From Promethearchaeota archaeon (lineage in GTDB: Archaea; Asgardarchaeota; Lokiarchaeia; Sigyniarchaeales; SOKP01), in the NCBI GenBank assembly GCA_048938005.1, contig JBHLMQ010000051.1:1-22650 (forward strand): a DNA stretch of 22,650 nt, given 5' to 3'. This document shows, one piece after another, positions 9,040 through 17,403 of this stretch (its first letter is position 1; each line of letters starts with the position of its first letter). The notes under the pieces were generated by a model, which worked only from the letters and a program-made list of their open reading frames with translations, ran no database searches and was not told where the DNA came from. The translations under genes were made by a program, and so were the position numbers.

Positions 9040-11967
9040 ATGAGCTATACATTTTCAAGAACGAAAATGATTGAAAAAATCAAATTTGGACTTTTAAGCC
9101 CTGACGAAATCCGTAAAATGTCTGCAGCTCGTATAATCACAGCAGACACCTATGATGAGGATGGATTGCCAATTCCTAGCGGTTTAATGGACCAAAGACT
9201 TGGAACTATTGAGCCAGGGCAAAGATGTCAAACTTGTGGTAATTTAGTTAGTAATTGTATGGGCCATTTCGGCCATATTGAACTTGCAAGACCAGTCATT
9301 CATGTAGGTTATGCGAAAAAGGTATTGAAAGTCCTTCGATCTATATGTCCCGAATGTTCTCGATTAATGCTCACTGAAGAGGAAAAAGAAAGTTTTAGAC
9401 AAGAGCAGTTAAAGCATCGAAAAATATTTTTTGAAGGTGATGAGGATGCTGCTAAAATTGTATTTAAAAGAGCGAGAAAAGTAAGAACTTGCCCTCATTG
9501 CGGAGCTAAGAAAAAGAAGATAATTATTGAGAAACCAACTACTTTTTATGAAGAAGAAGAAGGAAAAGGTTCACGGAGAATAACACCAATTGAGATTTTA
9601 GAGCGACTAAAAAAAATGAGTGATGTGGATCTTAGGATCCTCGGTATTTCACCTGAAAATGCTAGACTCGAATGGGTAATATTCACAGTTTTACCCATAC
9701 CCCCCGTATGTGCAAGGCCATCAATTACTTTAGATAGCGGAATTCGTTCTGAAGATGATTTAACGCATAAATTAGTAGATGTAATCCGAATAAATCAGAG
9801 ATTAAGGGAAAATATTGATGCTGGAGCGCCACATTTAATTGTTGAAGATCTTTGGGAATTATTACAATATCATATTACAACTTATTTTGATAATCAAGTA
9901 TCTGGGATCCCTCCTGCGAGACATCGTTCCGGTAGAGCGCTAAGAACATTAACTCAGAGACTGAAAGGGAAAGAGGGAAGGTTTAGAAGTAATTTAAGTG
10001 GGAAGAGAGTTGATTTTTCTGCCCGAAGTGTTATATCACCAAATCCATATATCAGTATTAATGAAGTAGGTGTGCCAATAGAAATAGCAAAAATTTTAAC
10101 AATACCTACTAATGTTAACGATTGGAATATTGAAGAGATGAAGCAAATGGTCTTAAATGGTCCATTTAATCATCCTGGAGCAAATTATATTATTCGGAAT
10201 GATCGTAGAAGGATTGACCTTCGATATGTGAAAAATCGAAAAATTATTGCAGATATGCTTGCACCGGGTTTTACTGTTGAGCGTCACCTAAATGATGGGG
10301 ACTTAGTGTTATTTAATCGCCAGCCTTCGCTTCATAGAATGTCAATAATGGCTCATGAAGTAAAAATTATGAAAGGAAGAACTTTTCGATTAAATTTAAC
10401 CGTATGTCCACCATACAATGCTGATTTTGATGGAGATGAGATGAATTTACATGTACCTCAAAGTGAAGAAGCTCGAACGGAGGCAGAATTACTTCTTAAA
10501 GTTCAAGAACATATACTGTCTCCACGATTTGGTGGACCAATCCTAGGTGGAATTCAAGATTTTATTTCAAGTGTATTTCAATTTACGAGTAAGGATTCCC
10601 TATATAATAAAAAAGATACGTTAAAATTATTATATATTGGAGATGTTTATAAAACTAATCCTAATTTTAGTTTGGATCAACTTGTTCCTGTAATTACAGA
10701 TCCTGAACCAAAGTATTCTGGTAAAGAAATTTTCAGTACACTATTTCCAGAGGATTTAAATATTAAAGTAAAATCTAAATTTTGTAAAAAATGTGAAGTC
10801 TGTGAAGAAGAAAATTGCAGTTATGATGCATATGTTATAATTAAAAATGGTAAATTAATTACTGGAACTATTGATGAGAATTCTTTTGGTGCCATGCAAT
10901 CAAATAGTATATTACAACGTATTATTAAGGATCATGGCAATGCGCGAGGAAGACAATTTTTAGATAGTGCCACTAAGATGCTCCTATACGTTATTAGGCA
11001 AAATGGAATGACTATGGGATTAGATGAAGTATATGTGCACGGGCATGCATATGATGAAATCCAGAAGATATTAGAAGAAGCAGATATAGAATCTGAAAAA
11101 TTAATCAAAGCTTTTTATGATAACAATACTAAAATACTTAAACGTGCTCCTGGTCGTTCAATGAGAGAAACCTTAGAATTAAGAATCAGGCAGGTATTAG
11201 CAGAAGCCCGTAAAAAAGCTGAAGAAACAGCAGCAGAGTTTATTGGTGATGAGGCTCATTCAGTTATAATGACCAAATCTGGAGCCAGAGGTAATATATT
11301 AAATTTAGGACAGATGTCTGCTGTTGTAGGACAACAAGCTATTAGAGGTGAGAGGATTAATCGAGGCTATAGTATGAGAACCCTACCTCATTTTAAAGTA
11401 AATGATCTTAGTCCTCGAGCTCGTGGTTTTGTTGCCTCATCTTACCGAAATGGATTAAAACCAGAGGAATTCTTCTATCATGCCATGGGTGGTCGAGAAG
11501 GGCTTGTTGATACAGCAGTTAGAACAAGTACATCTGGATACATGCAACGAAGGCTTGTAAACGCCTTACAAGATATGGTTGTTGAAAATGATGGAACTGT
11601 AAGAAACTCAGATAAAAATGTTATCCAATTTTGCTTTGGAGATGATGGTATAGATGCTATGCATACAGATCATGGTGCTGCAGTAAATTTAGATGTTTTA
11701 TTATTAAAGGCTAAAGCTTTGGATGTTGAAAAGGTGCGTGAAGAAATTAAAAAAGACTCAACAACAAAGCCTTCTATATCTAAAGAGAAAGTTGTTCCCA
11801 AGAAAAAACAAATAAAAAAGGCTTCAGTTCAAGCAAAACCAAAGACATTTAAAATTGATGAAGATTCCTTACAGCAACAGTTTGAAGAGGAAACTGGCAA
11901 GAAAGCAGTTTGGCGGGGTAAAGAAACTAAAGCTTATTTAGAATGGAAAGAAAAAAAACTAGAATAA
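9040..11967 (+). CDS. rpoA1: DNA-directed RNA polymerase subunit A' (Rpo1N)
   Basis: CQTC...CMGHFGH Zn site, GKRVDFSARSVI, NRQPSLHR, catalytic NADFDGD, bridge helix GREGLVDTAVRTSTSGYMQRRL. Confidence 0.99.
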   Translation: MSYTFSRTKMIEKIKFGLLSPDEIRKMSAARIITADTYDEDGLPIPSGLMDQRLGTIEPGQRCQTCGNLVSNCMGHFGHIELARPVIHVGYAKKVLKVLRSICPECSRLMLTEEEKESFRQEQLKHRKIFFEGDEDAAKIVFKRARKVRTCPHCGAKKKKIIIEKPTTFYEEEEGKGSRRITPIEILERLKKMSDVDLRILGISPENARLEWVIFTVLPIPPVCARPSITLDSGIRSEDDLTHKLVDVIRINQRLRENIDAGAPHLIVEDLWELLQYHITTYFDNQVSGIPPARHRSGRALRTLTQRLKGKEGRFRSNLSGKRVDFSARSVISPNPYISINEVGVPIEIAKILTIPTNVNDWNIEEMKQMVLNGPFNHPGANYIIRNDRRRIDLRYVKNRKIIADMLAPGFTVERHLNDGDLVLFNRQPSLHRMSIMAHEVKIMKGRTFRLNLTVCPPYNADFDGDEMNLHVPQSEEARTEAELLLKVQEHILSPRFGGPILGGIQDFISSVFQFTSKDSLYNKKDTLKLLYIGDVYKTNPNFSLDQLVPVITDPEPKYSGKEIFSTLFPEDLNIKVKSKFCKKCEVCEEENCSYDAYVIIKNGKLITGTIDENSFGAMQSNSILQRIIKDHGNARGRQFLDSATKMLLYVIRQNGMTMGLDEVYVHGHAYDEIQKILEEADIESEKLIKAFYDNNTKILKRAPGRSMRETLELRIRQVLAEARKKAEETAAEFIGDEAHSVIMTKSGARGNILNLGQMSAVVGQQAIRGERINRGYSMRTLPHFKVNDLSPRARGFVASSYRNGLKPEEFFYHAMGGREGLVDTAVRTSTSGYMQRRLVNALQDMVVENDGTVRNSDKNVIQFCFGDDGIDAMHTDHGAAVNLDVLLLKAKALDVEKVREEIKKDSTTKPSISKEKVVPKKKQIKKASVQAKPKTFKIDEDSLQQQFEEETGKKAVWRGKETKAYLEWKEKKLE

Positions 11968-11999
11968 AGTAATTATTCGAAAGAGAAGGGACTATAATA

Positions 12000-13205
12000 A
12001 TGGCAAAAGTAAATCCAGATTTTTTAGAAGCACAATTAAAAATATTAAAAAAAGATGGAATTCCTGAAGACCTAATAGATAGAATTAGAGAAAAAGTAAT
12101 TGATGAGGATTTAGAAGAAGAACAACTAGAATATTTATTAAATAAAATCTTTATTAATTTTAAAAATGCTCTTGTAGAAACTTCTGAACCTGTAGGTACA
12201 GTAGCTGCTCAATCTATTGGTGAACCTGGAACTCAGATGACATTGAGAACATTTCACTATGCTGGTGTAGAAGAGTTCTCAGTAACTCAAGGTCTTCCAA
12301 GATTAATTGAAATTGTAGATGCTCGGCGATTTCCTTCTACTCCTCAGATGACTATTTATTTAGAAGAACAATATAGAGGAAGTGAAGAAAAAGCGATCGA
12401 AGTTCATAATCGTATCGAACAGATACGTATAGAACAAATAACTCATGATGTTGATTTAGATTTTGTGAATTGGTATATTGTGATTAATTTAATTCCTGAA
12501 ATATGTGAAAAAAAAGGGATTGACATTAATGAGATTCCTGAAATTTTAAAACGATATAAGAAGAAAGGAACTATTAAACGTGAAGGAAGTTCAATTATCA
12601 TTGATCCGGGAATAGAAGACCTACAAAATTTGCAAAAACTAAGAGAAAAGATCTTGAAAAAGGTAGTAAAAGGAATAAGAGGAGTTAAAAGAGGGTTATT
12701 GACTCCCTCAGATGATAATAACGAATGGATAATTAAAACCGAGGGTACTAATATGCAAAGTGTAATCCAGATAGAAGGAGTAGATATAACAAGAACCGTT
12801 TCAAACCATATTCATGAAATTGAAAAATTGTATGGTATTGAAGCAGCACGTCAAATGATAATAAAGGAATCTCAAAAAGTCCTTGAACAACAAGGTTTAG
12901 ATGTAGATTTAAGACATCTTCTAATTTTAGCAGATTTAATGTGTTATTCTGGCTCAATTCAGTCTATAGGAAGACATGGAATTTCCGGCTCAAAATCAAG
13001 TGTTTTCGCTCGAGCTGCTTTTGAAGTAACAGTTAATCAATTGCTTGACGCGGGGCTTTATGGAGAAGAAGAACGTTTACTTGGGATCCCTGAAAACGTA
13101 ATTGTGGGCCAAATCAGCCCTATTGGTTCAGGACGTGTAAGTGTAATGTTCGATCTTGATGCTAATTTAGATTTATTAAAAAAGAAGAAAAAAAGAAGTA
13201 GTTAA
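12000..13205 (+). CDS. rpoA2: DNA-directed RNA polymerase subunit A'' (Rpo1C)
   Basis: Trigger loop [39 protein letters not shown]. Confidence 0.99.
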   Translation: MAKVNPDFLEAQLKILKKDGIPEDLIDRIREKVIDEDLEEEQLEYLLNKIFINFKNALVETSEPVGTVAAQSIGEPGTQMTLRTFHYAGVEEFSVTQGLPRLIEIVDARRFPSTPQMTIYLEEQYRGSEEKAIEVHNRIEQIRIEQITHDVDLDFVNWYIVINLIPEICEKKGIDINEIPEILKRYKKKGTIKREGSSIIIDPGIEDLQNLQKLREKILKKVVKGIRGVKRGLLTPSDDNNEWIIKTEGTNMQSVIQIEGVDITRTVSNHIHEIEKLYGIEAARQMIIKESQKVLEQQGLDVDLRHLLILADLMCYSGSIQSIGRHGISGSKSSVFARAAFEVTVNQLLDAGLYGEEERLLGIPENVIVGQISPIGSGRVSVMFDLDANLDLLKKKKKRSS

Positions 13206-13302
13206 CAAAAACCATTTAATTATATCACTTAAATGTACCTAAAAAAAATTAAAAAAGTATTATTTCTTATTACTTATTAAATCGATACCAATTGAATATA
13301 CC

Positions 13303-13674
13303 ATGGCAAATAAAAAGAGTAAAACTGTTGCTGGTAAAGTTGATTTAAGTAGGAAAAAAAAAAAAGAATTTGATATTGATACTAATATTAAAGTTGCATA
13401 TAAAACTGGTAAAATTATATATGGTAAAAACCAAGTTCTTAAAAACTTAAGAGAAAATCCCTTTAAGATGCTCATTGTGAGTAATAATTGCCCTGCAGAA
13501 TTAATGAATCAACTGAATTATTATAATTCTCTTTCAAAAGATAAAGTCTTTATTTATAACTATAAGGGTTCGAGTTGGGATTTAGGATTAGCTTGTGCTA
13601 AACCATATATGATTTCTATTATAGGAGTTATTGATTTTGGAGATTCGGATTTAATAACTTTGAAAACTAAATGA
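13303..13674 (+). CDS. rpl30e: Ribosomal protein eL30
   Basis: KTGKIIYG, NNCP, YKGSSWDLGLACAKPY, GDSD; canonical position after rpoA2. Confidence 0.95.
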   Translation: MANKKSKTVAGKVDLSRKKKKEFDIDTNIKVAYKTGKIIYGKNQVLKNLRENPFKMLIVSNNCPAELMNQLNYYNSLSKDKVFIYNYKGSSWDLGLACAKPYMISIIGVIDFGDSDLITLKTK

Positions 13675-13701
13675 TTTTAACAATATTAATTAGTTTTATA
13701 C

Positions 13702-14178
13702 ATGTTAAAAAAGAATATTAAAATAGATCGGGAAGCAATGGAGCTTATTTCGCTATTCAATAATATCTCAGGTGCTATTATAAAAGATTGTCTAATTTTT
13801 AAATCACCAGAAAATGAGACTGAAATCATCATTTTTTTAGTGAAAGAAGAAGATGTAGGAAAAGCCATTGGAAAAGCTGGTGAACATGTTAAAGATTTAA
13901 AGTCAAAACTCCAAAAGAAGATAGACGTAATTGCATTTTCAGAGGATCTAAACCATTTCATCCAGAATATCTTGCAAACTACTAAAAATTCCATAATGGT
14001 TCAAAATATTGAAATAAAAGAGAGTAGAAATCTAAAGAAGACTGTGATAATTACAGTACGACCTCAAGATCGTGGTAAAGCTATTGGTAAAGATGGTTCA
14101 ATGATAAGGAAAATAAAAGAACTAGTTTTAAGGTATTTCGAAGTTGATAATGTAATCATCAATACAAAAAATATCTAA
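13702..14178 (+). CDS. nusA: Archaeal NusA (two KH domains)
   Basis: Two GKAIGKxG KH motifs; canonical position after rpl30e. Confidence 0.95.
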   Translation: MLKKNIKIDREAMELISLFNNISGAIIKDCLIFKSPENETEIIIFLVKEEDVGKAIGKAGEHVKDLKSKLQKKIDVIAFSEDLNHFIQNILQTTKNSIMVQNIEIKESRNLKKTVIITVRPQDRGKAIGKDGSMIRKIKELVLRYFEVDNVIINTKNI

Positions 14179-14243
14179 TTTTAGTTCCCTCAAAATTATA
14201 CTTAATAATTACTATTAAAATAATCACAAAATTACTCATTATA

Positions 14244-15500
14244 GTGATTAATATTTCAAAATCGAACCTTTATGATGAACACGCAGCTTTAAATCATGTT
14301 AGATCATTAGGATTTACACGTCACGCTGCTACTGATGGTGAAACAAAAACAATAAACTATATTCGAAAAGAACTTGATAAAGAGAATATTGATCCAAAAG
14401 TAGAGTCTTTTGAATGGACTAAAACATCAACAAAATTTAGGAAATTGATTTTTTTATGGATATTTATTGTTTCTATGAGTATTGATATATTATTGTTATA
14501 TCCCACTTTTACTTGGATAATACTTCCTCTTTATGGCTTTTTCTTTATAGTATTAGTCTTAGGAGGAAAATATGCTTTTGATCATTCGAGAAATATATTT
14601 ATAGGTAAGAAAAGAGAGTCAAAAAATGTTATAGCAACTATTCAAGCAAAAGATTTATATCCAAAAAGACCTGTGATTTTATTTTCTGCTCATCACGATT
14701 CAGTTTCATCAAATATTCCATATAAAGTTATGAAGCCGTTATATATTTCAATGGTATCATTGCTTATCTTAACTCTTCTTATAAACATATTTCTTTCCAT
14801 TTGGGCAATTATAGCATTGTTTACAGCAATTCAAATTGAAATTGTATATTTATGGATAAGAAATATATCCCTAATCCTTGGGATTATTCTGCTTATAGAA
14901 ATTTTCATAAACTTTTTTAGGAAAAAGACTAATCTTTCTATAGGTTCAATAGATAATGCCTCCGGTGTAGCAATTCTATTAGAATTAGCGAAATTAATTA
15001 AAAAAAATCCTCTTAAAAAAACCGATGTAATCTTTTTATGGTGTGGCGCAGAGGAGATGGGCCTCTGGGGTTCGAAACAGTATTGTGCAAAACATTTCGA
15101 AGAACTAGATTACTATTATGATTTGAATAAATCATATAATATTAATATCGATATGGTTGGTACTTATATAGGTTTAATTGAGAAAACTGGATTACTTAAA
15201 AAGAAAAACTTAAATGAAAATCTGAATGATGTCTTAAAAGCTTCCGATACACAACAGAAAATTCCATCTGAGAAAGCAAAAATGAAATTTGGTACTGGAA
15301 GTGATCATTTAGTTTTTCGTGCATTTGTAGAAAAAGGAAAAAGGAATGACTTTCAAGTTTGTTGTTTTTTATCAAATAAAGATTCAAAATATATACATTC
15401 TAAAAAAGATATTCCTGAATTTTGCTCTGCTGAAAATCTAAACGGTTGTATAGAAATTTGCTATAATGCCATAAAAAGCCTTGATCTACGAGTTGAATAA
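14244..15500 (+). CDS. Membrane-embedded M28 family metallopeptidase
   Basis: SAHHDS, DNASG, AEEMG, NIDMVG, SDH, YIHS metal/catalytic motifs; four TM helices in two hairpins. Confidence 0.9.
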   Translation: MINISKSNLYDEHAALNHVRSLGFTRHAATDGETKTINYIRKELDKENIDPKVESFEWTKTSTKFRKLIFLWIFIVSMSIDILLLYPTFTWIILPLYGFFFIVLVLGGKYAFDHSRNIFIGKKRESKNVIATIQAKDLYPKRPVILFSAHHDSVSSNIPYKVMKPLYISMVSLLILTLLINIFLSIWAIIALFTAIQIEIVYLWIRNISLILGIILLIEIFINFFRKKTNLSIGSIDNASGVAILLELAKLIKKNPLKKTDVIFLWCGAEEMGLWGSKQYCAKHFEELDYYYDLNKSYNINIDMVGTYIGLIEKTGLLKKKNLNENLNDVLKASDTQQKIPSEKAKMKFGTGSDHLVFRAFVEKGKRNDFQVCCFLSNKDSKYIHSKKDIPEFCSAENLNGCIEICYNAIKSLDLRVE

Positions 15501-15597
15501 CTTATTAATAGTAGTAATGTTTCATAATATACATAAATTTTAAGTTTAAAGAATCATTTTTTCTACTACTAAAGTTCTATCAATTATTATTTAATAG

Positions 15598-16041
15598 GTG
15601 TTAAATATAGGTAGCCCAAAAGGACTCTATGCCGCTCGAAAGCTTCAAGCTAATCGAAAGAAATTTCGTTGGTCTAAGACTAAGTATAAAAGAAGAAAAC
15701 TCCAATTGAAAAAAAGAGTAGACCCCCTTGAGGCATCATGTCAAGCTCTTGGCATTGTTCTTCAAAAAGTTGGGAGGGAAAGTAAGCAGCCTAACTCAGC
15801 AATAAGAAAATGTGTAAGAGTTCAATTAAAAAAGAATGGAAAAGGAGTAACAGCATTCTTACCTGGAGATGGGGCTTTAAATTTTATTGAAGAACATGAT
15901 CGAGTCATTGTTGAAGGTATTGGAGGAGCAAAAGGAAGGAGTATTGGGGATCTTCCTGGCGTAAGATATAAAGTTATAAAGGTAAATGGTGTCAGTTTGG
16001 AGGCATTACTTCAAGGAAAGAAGGAAAAACCATTGCGATAA
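15598..16041 (+). CDS. rps12: Ribosomal protein uS12 (start uncertain: GTG 15598 or ATA 15607)
   Basis: [29 protein letters not shown]. Confidence 0.98.
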   Translation: MLNIGSPKGLYAARKLQANRKKFRWSKTKYKRRKLQLKKRVDPLEASCQALGIVLQKVGRESKQPNSAIRKCVRVQLKKNGKGVTAFLPGDGALNFIEEHDRVIVEGIGGAKGRSIGDLPGVRYKVIKVNGVSLEALLQGKKEKPLR

Positions 16042-16059
16042 TCATTGAGGTAAGTAATT

Positions 16060-16677
16060 TTGAGTAAAACTAAAAAGCAAATAAAACTATTTAATAGATG
16101 GGCTTTTACAGACATAAAGGTTAACGATAGAACACTTGAAAACTATATCAATTTAAAACCTATTATAGTTCCTCATTCTGCTGGGAGACATGAGCACAAA
16201 CGATTTTGGAAATCTTCAAAAGTCTCAATTATTGAACGGTTTTCTAATAGATTACTTTCTCCTGGTTTCATTGGAAGTAAAATTAAGGGTCATAAGAGTT
16301 CTTATAATTCTGGTAAGAAAAGTAAACTTCTAAAGAATTTAGAGAATGCTTTCACATTAATAGAACTAATTACTGAGCAAAATCCTATTCAAATTTTAAT
16401 AGATGCTATCTGCAATTCTGCACCACGAGAGGAAACCACTAAGATCGCTATGGGAGGGATAAGTTACGCTTCAGCAGTAGATATCGCCCCACAGCGGCGA
16501 GTTGATTTAGCTATCAAATATCTCGTTCAAGCAATAGGCGCTAGATCTCATGCCAATGTAAAACAGTTTGAAGAAAATCTAGCTCAAGAACTAATATTAG
16601 CAGCAGATAATAGTCAAGAATCTAGAGCGGTTAAACGAAAAGATGAAATTGAGAGAATTGCTGTTTCTGCACGATAA
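16060..16677 (+). CDS. rps7: Ribosomal protein uS7 (TTG start)
   Basis: PHSAGRH, NPIQIL, APREE, VDIAPQRRVD, ERIAVSAR; GAGGT SD upstream. Confidence 0.98.
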   Translation: MSKTKKQIKLFNRWAFTDIKVNDRTLENYINLKPIIVPHSAGRHEHKRFWKSSKVSIIERFSNRLLSPGFIGSKIKGHKSSYNSGKKSKLLKNLENAFTLIELITEQNPIQILIDAICNSAPREETTKIAMGGISYASAVDIAPQRRVDLAIKYLVQAIGARSHANVKQFEENLAQELILAADNSQESRAVKRKDEIERIAVSAR

Positions 16678-17331
16678 TTATTTCTAAAGAATTAAATGAA
16701 TCCTTTTTTATTAAAAAAAAATCATCGGTATTATTCATTATACAAATTATAATGTTATATAGCCTGAATGAGTTTCCATTTTTTATGTGAATTATATTTG
16801 AAAAACACTTTACTTTAAAAATTTATTATTTTCATTTTTATGTTACTCAAAAATTACGAGGATATAGGGATATTAATGACATTTAGATTTTTATTTTGTT
16901 AATATTTGCCTTTAATACCTTATTTAAGGAGTTGGTGAAGAATTAGGCACTTAAAAAAAGAAAATGCATGAAATGAGCCTAAAATAAATATTATAAAGAA
17001 AAGTTTAAAGATATTGTTCAAGAAATTAAAAAAAAATGAAAAAAGCATTATGAGAGCTAACTAAGAAAAAAATGAATTTATTTTAAAGCAACATAAAACA
17101 TATGATATTTCGCGTCAATTTTATTCGTTGCTTTACATTGTTTACATGATTTTATATATCCCACAGCTTTAAATTTAATACAAAATAGGGAAGTTTGAAT
17201 AATTTCAATTAAAATGCATTATCTCTTATAGATTAAAAAAAAGAAAGGGCGCGAGATTAAAACTTCCAAATTTAAGTCTAGTATCACCCGCATATTATCC
17301 ATATTCATAGATGGCTTCGAAAATTCCTAAA

Positions 17332-17342
17332 TTTTTATATAA
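17332..17342. promoter_or_regulatory. TATA-box candidate (TTTTTATATAA), readable in both directions
   Basis: About 60 nt upstream of the GTG at 17404; also reads TTATATAAAAA on the minus strand, pointing at the hairpin region. Confidence 0.4.
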
Positions 17343-17403
17343 TTGATAAACATATTATTTATCTAAGCAGAATTAAAGAAACCGAACATGGGTTTTAAGT
17401 AAA

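Noticed and set aside
13180-13205. Basic tail of RpoA2 (KKKKKRSS) as an NLS or CTD precursor
   Set aside because: No heptad repeats; Lys-rich ends are common in AT-rich genomes.
12748-13994. Minus-strand ORFs 12748..12957, 13260..13475 and 13686..13994
   Set aside because: Antisense to rpoA2, rpl30e and nusA; hydrophobicity simply mirrors A-rich sense codons.
17251-17291. SECIS element
   Set aside because: Lacks the 3' GA of the G.A tandem core, and no candidate in-frame UGA selenoprotein gene is adjacent.
17219-17308. 29-aa minus-strand ORF (MNMDNMRVILDL...)
   Set aside because: Short, no recognisable features and runs through a U-tract; an RNA-structure explanation fits better, though it is not excluded.
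16678-17403. Replication origin, CRISPR array or tRNA in the long gap
   Set aside because: No repeated ORB-like elements or adjacent orc1/cdc6, no regular repeat-spacer units and no cloverleaf seen.
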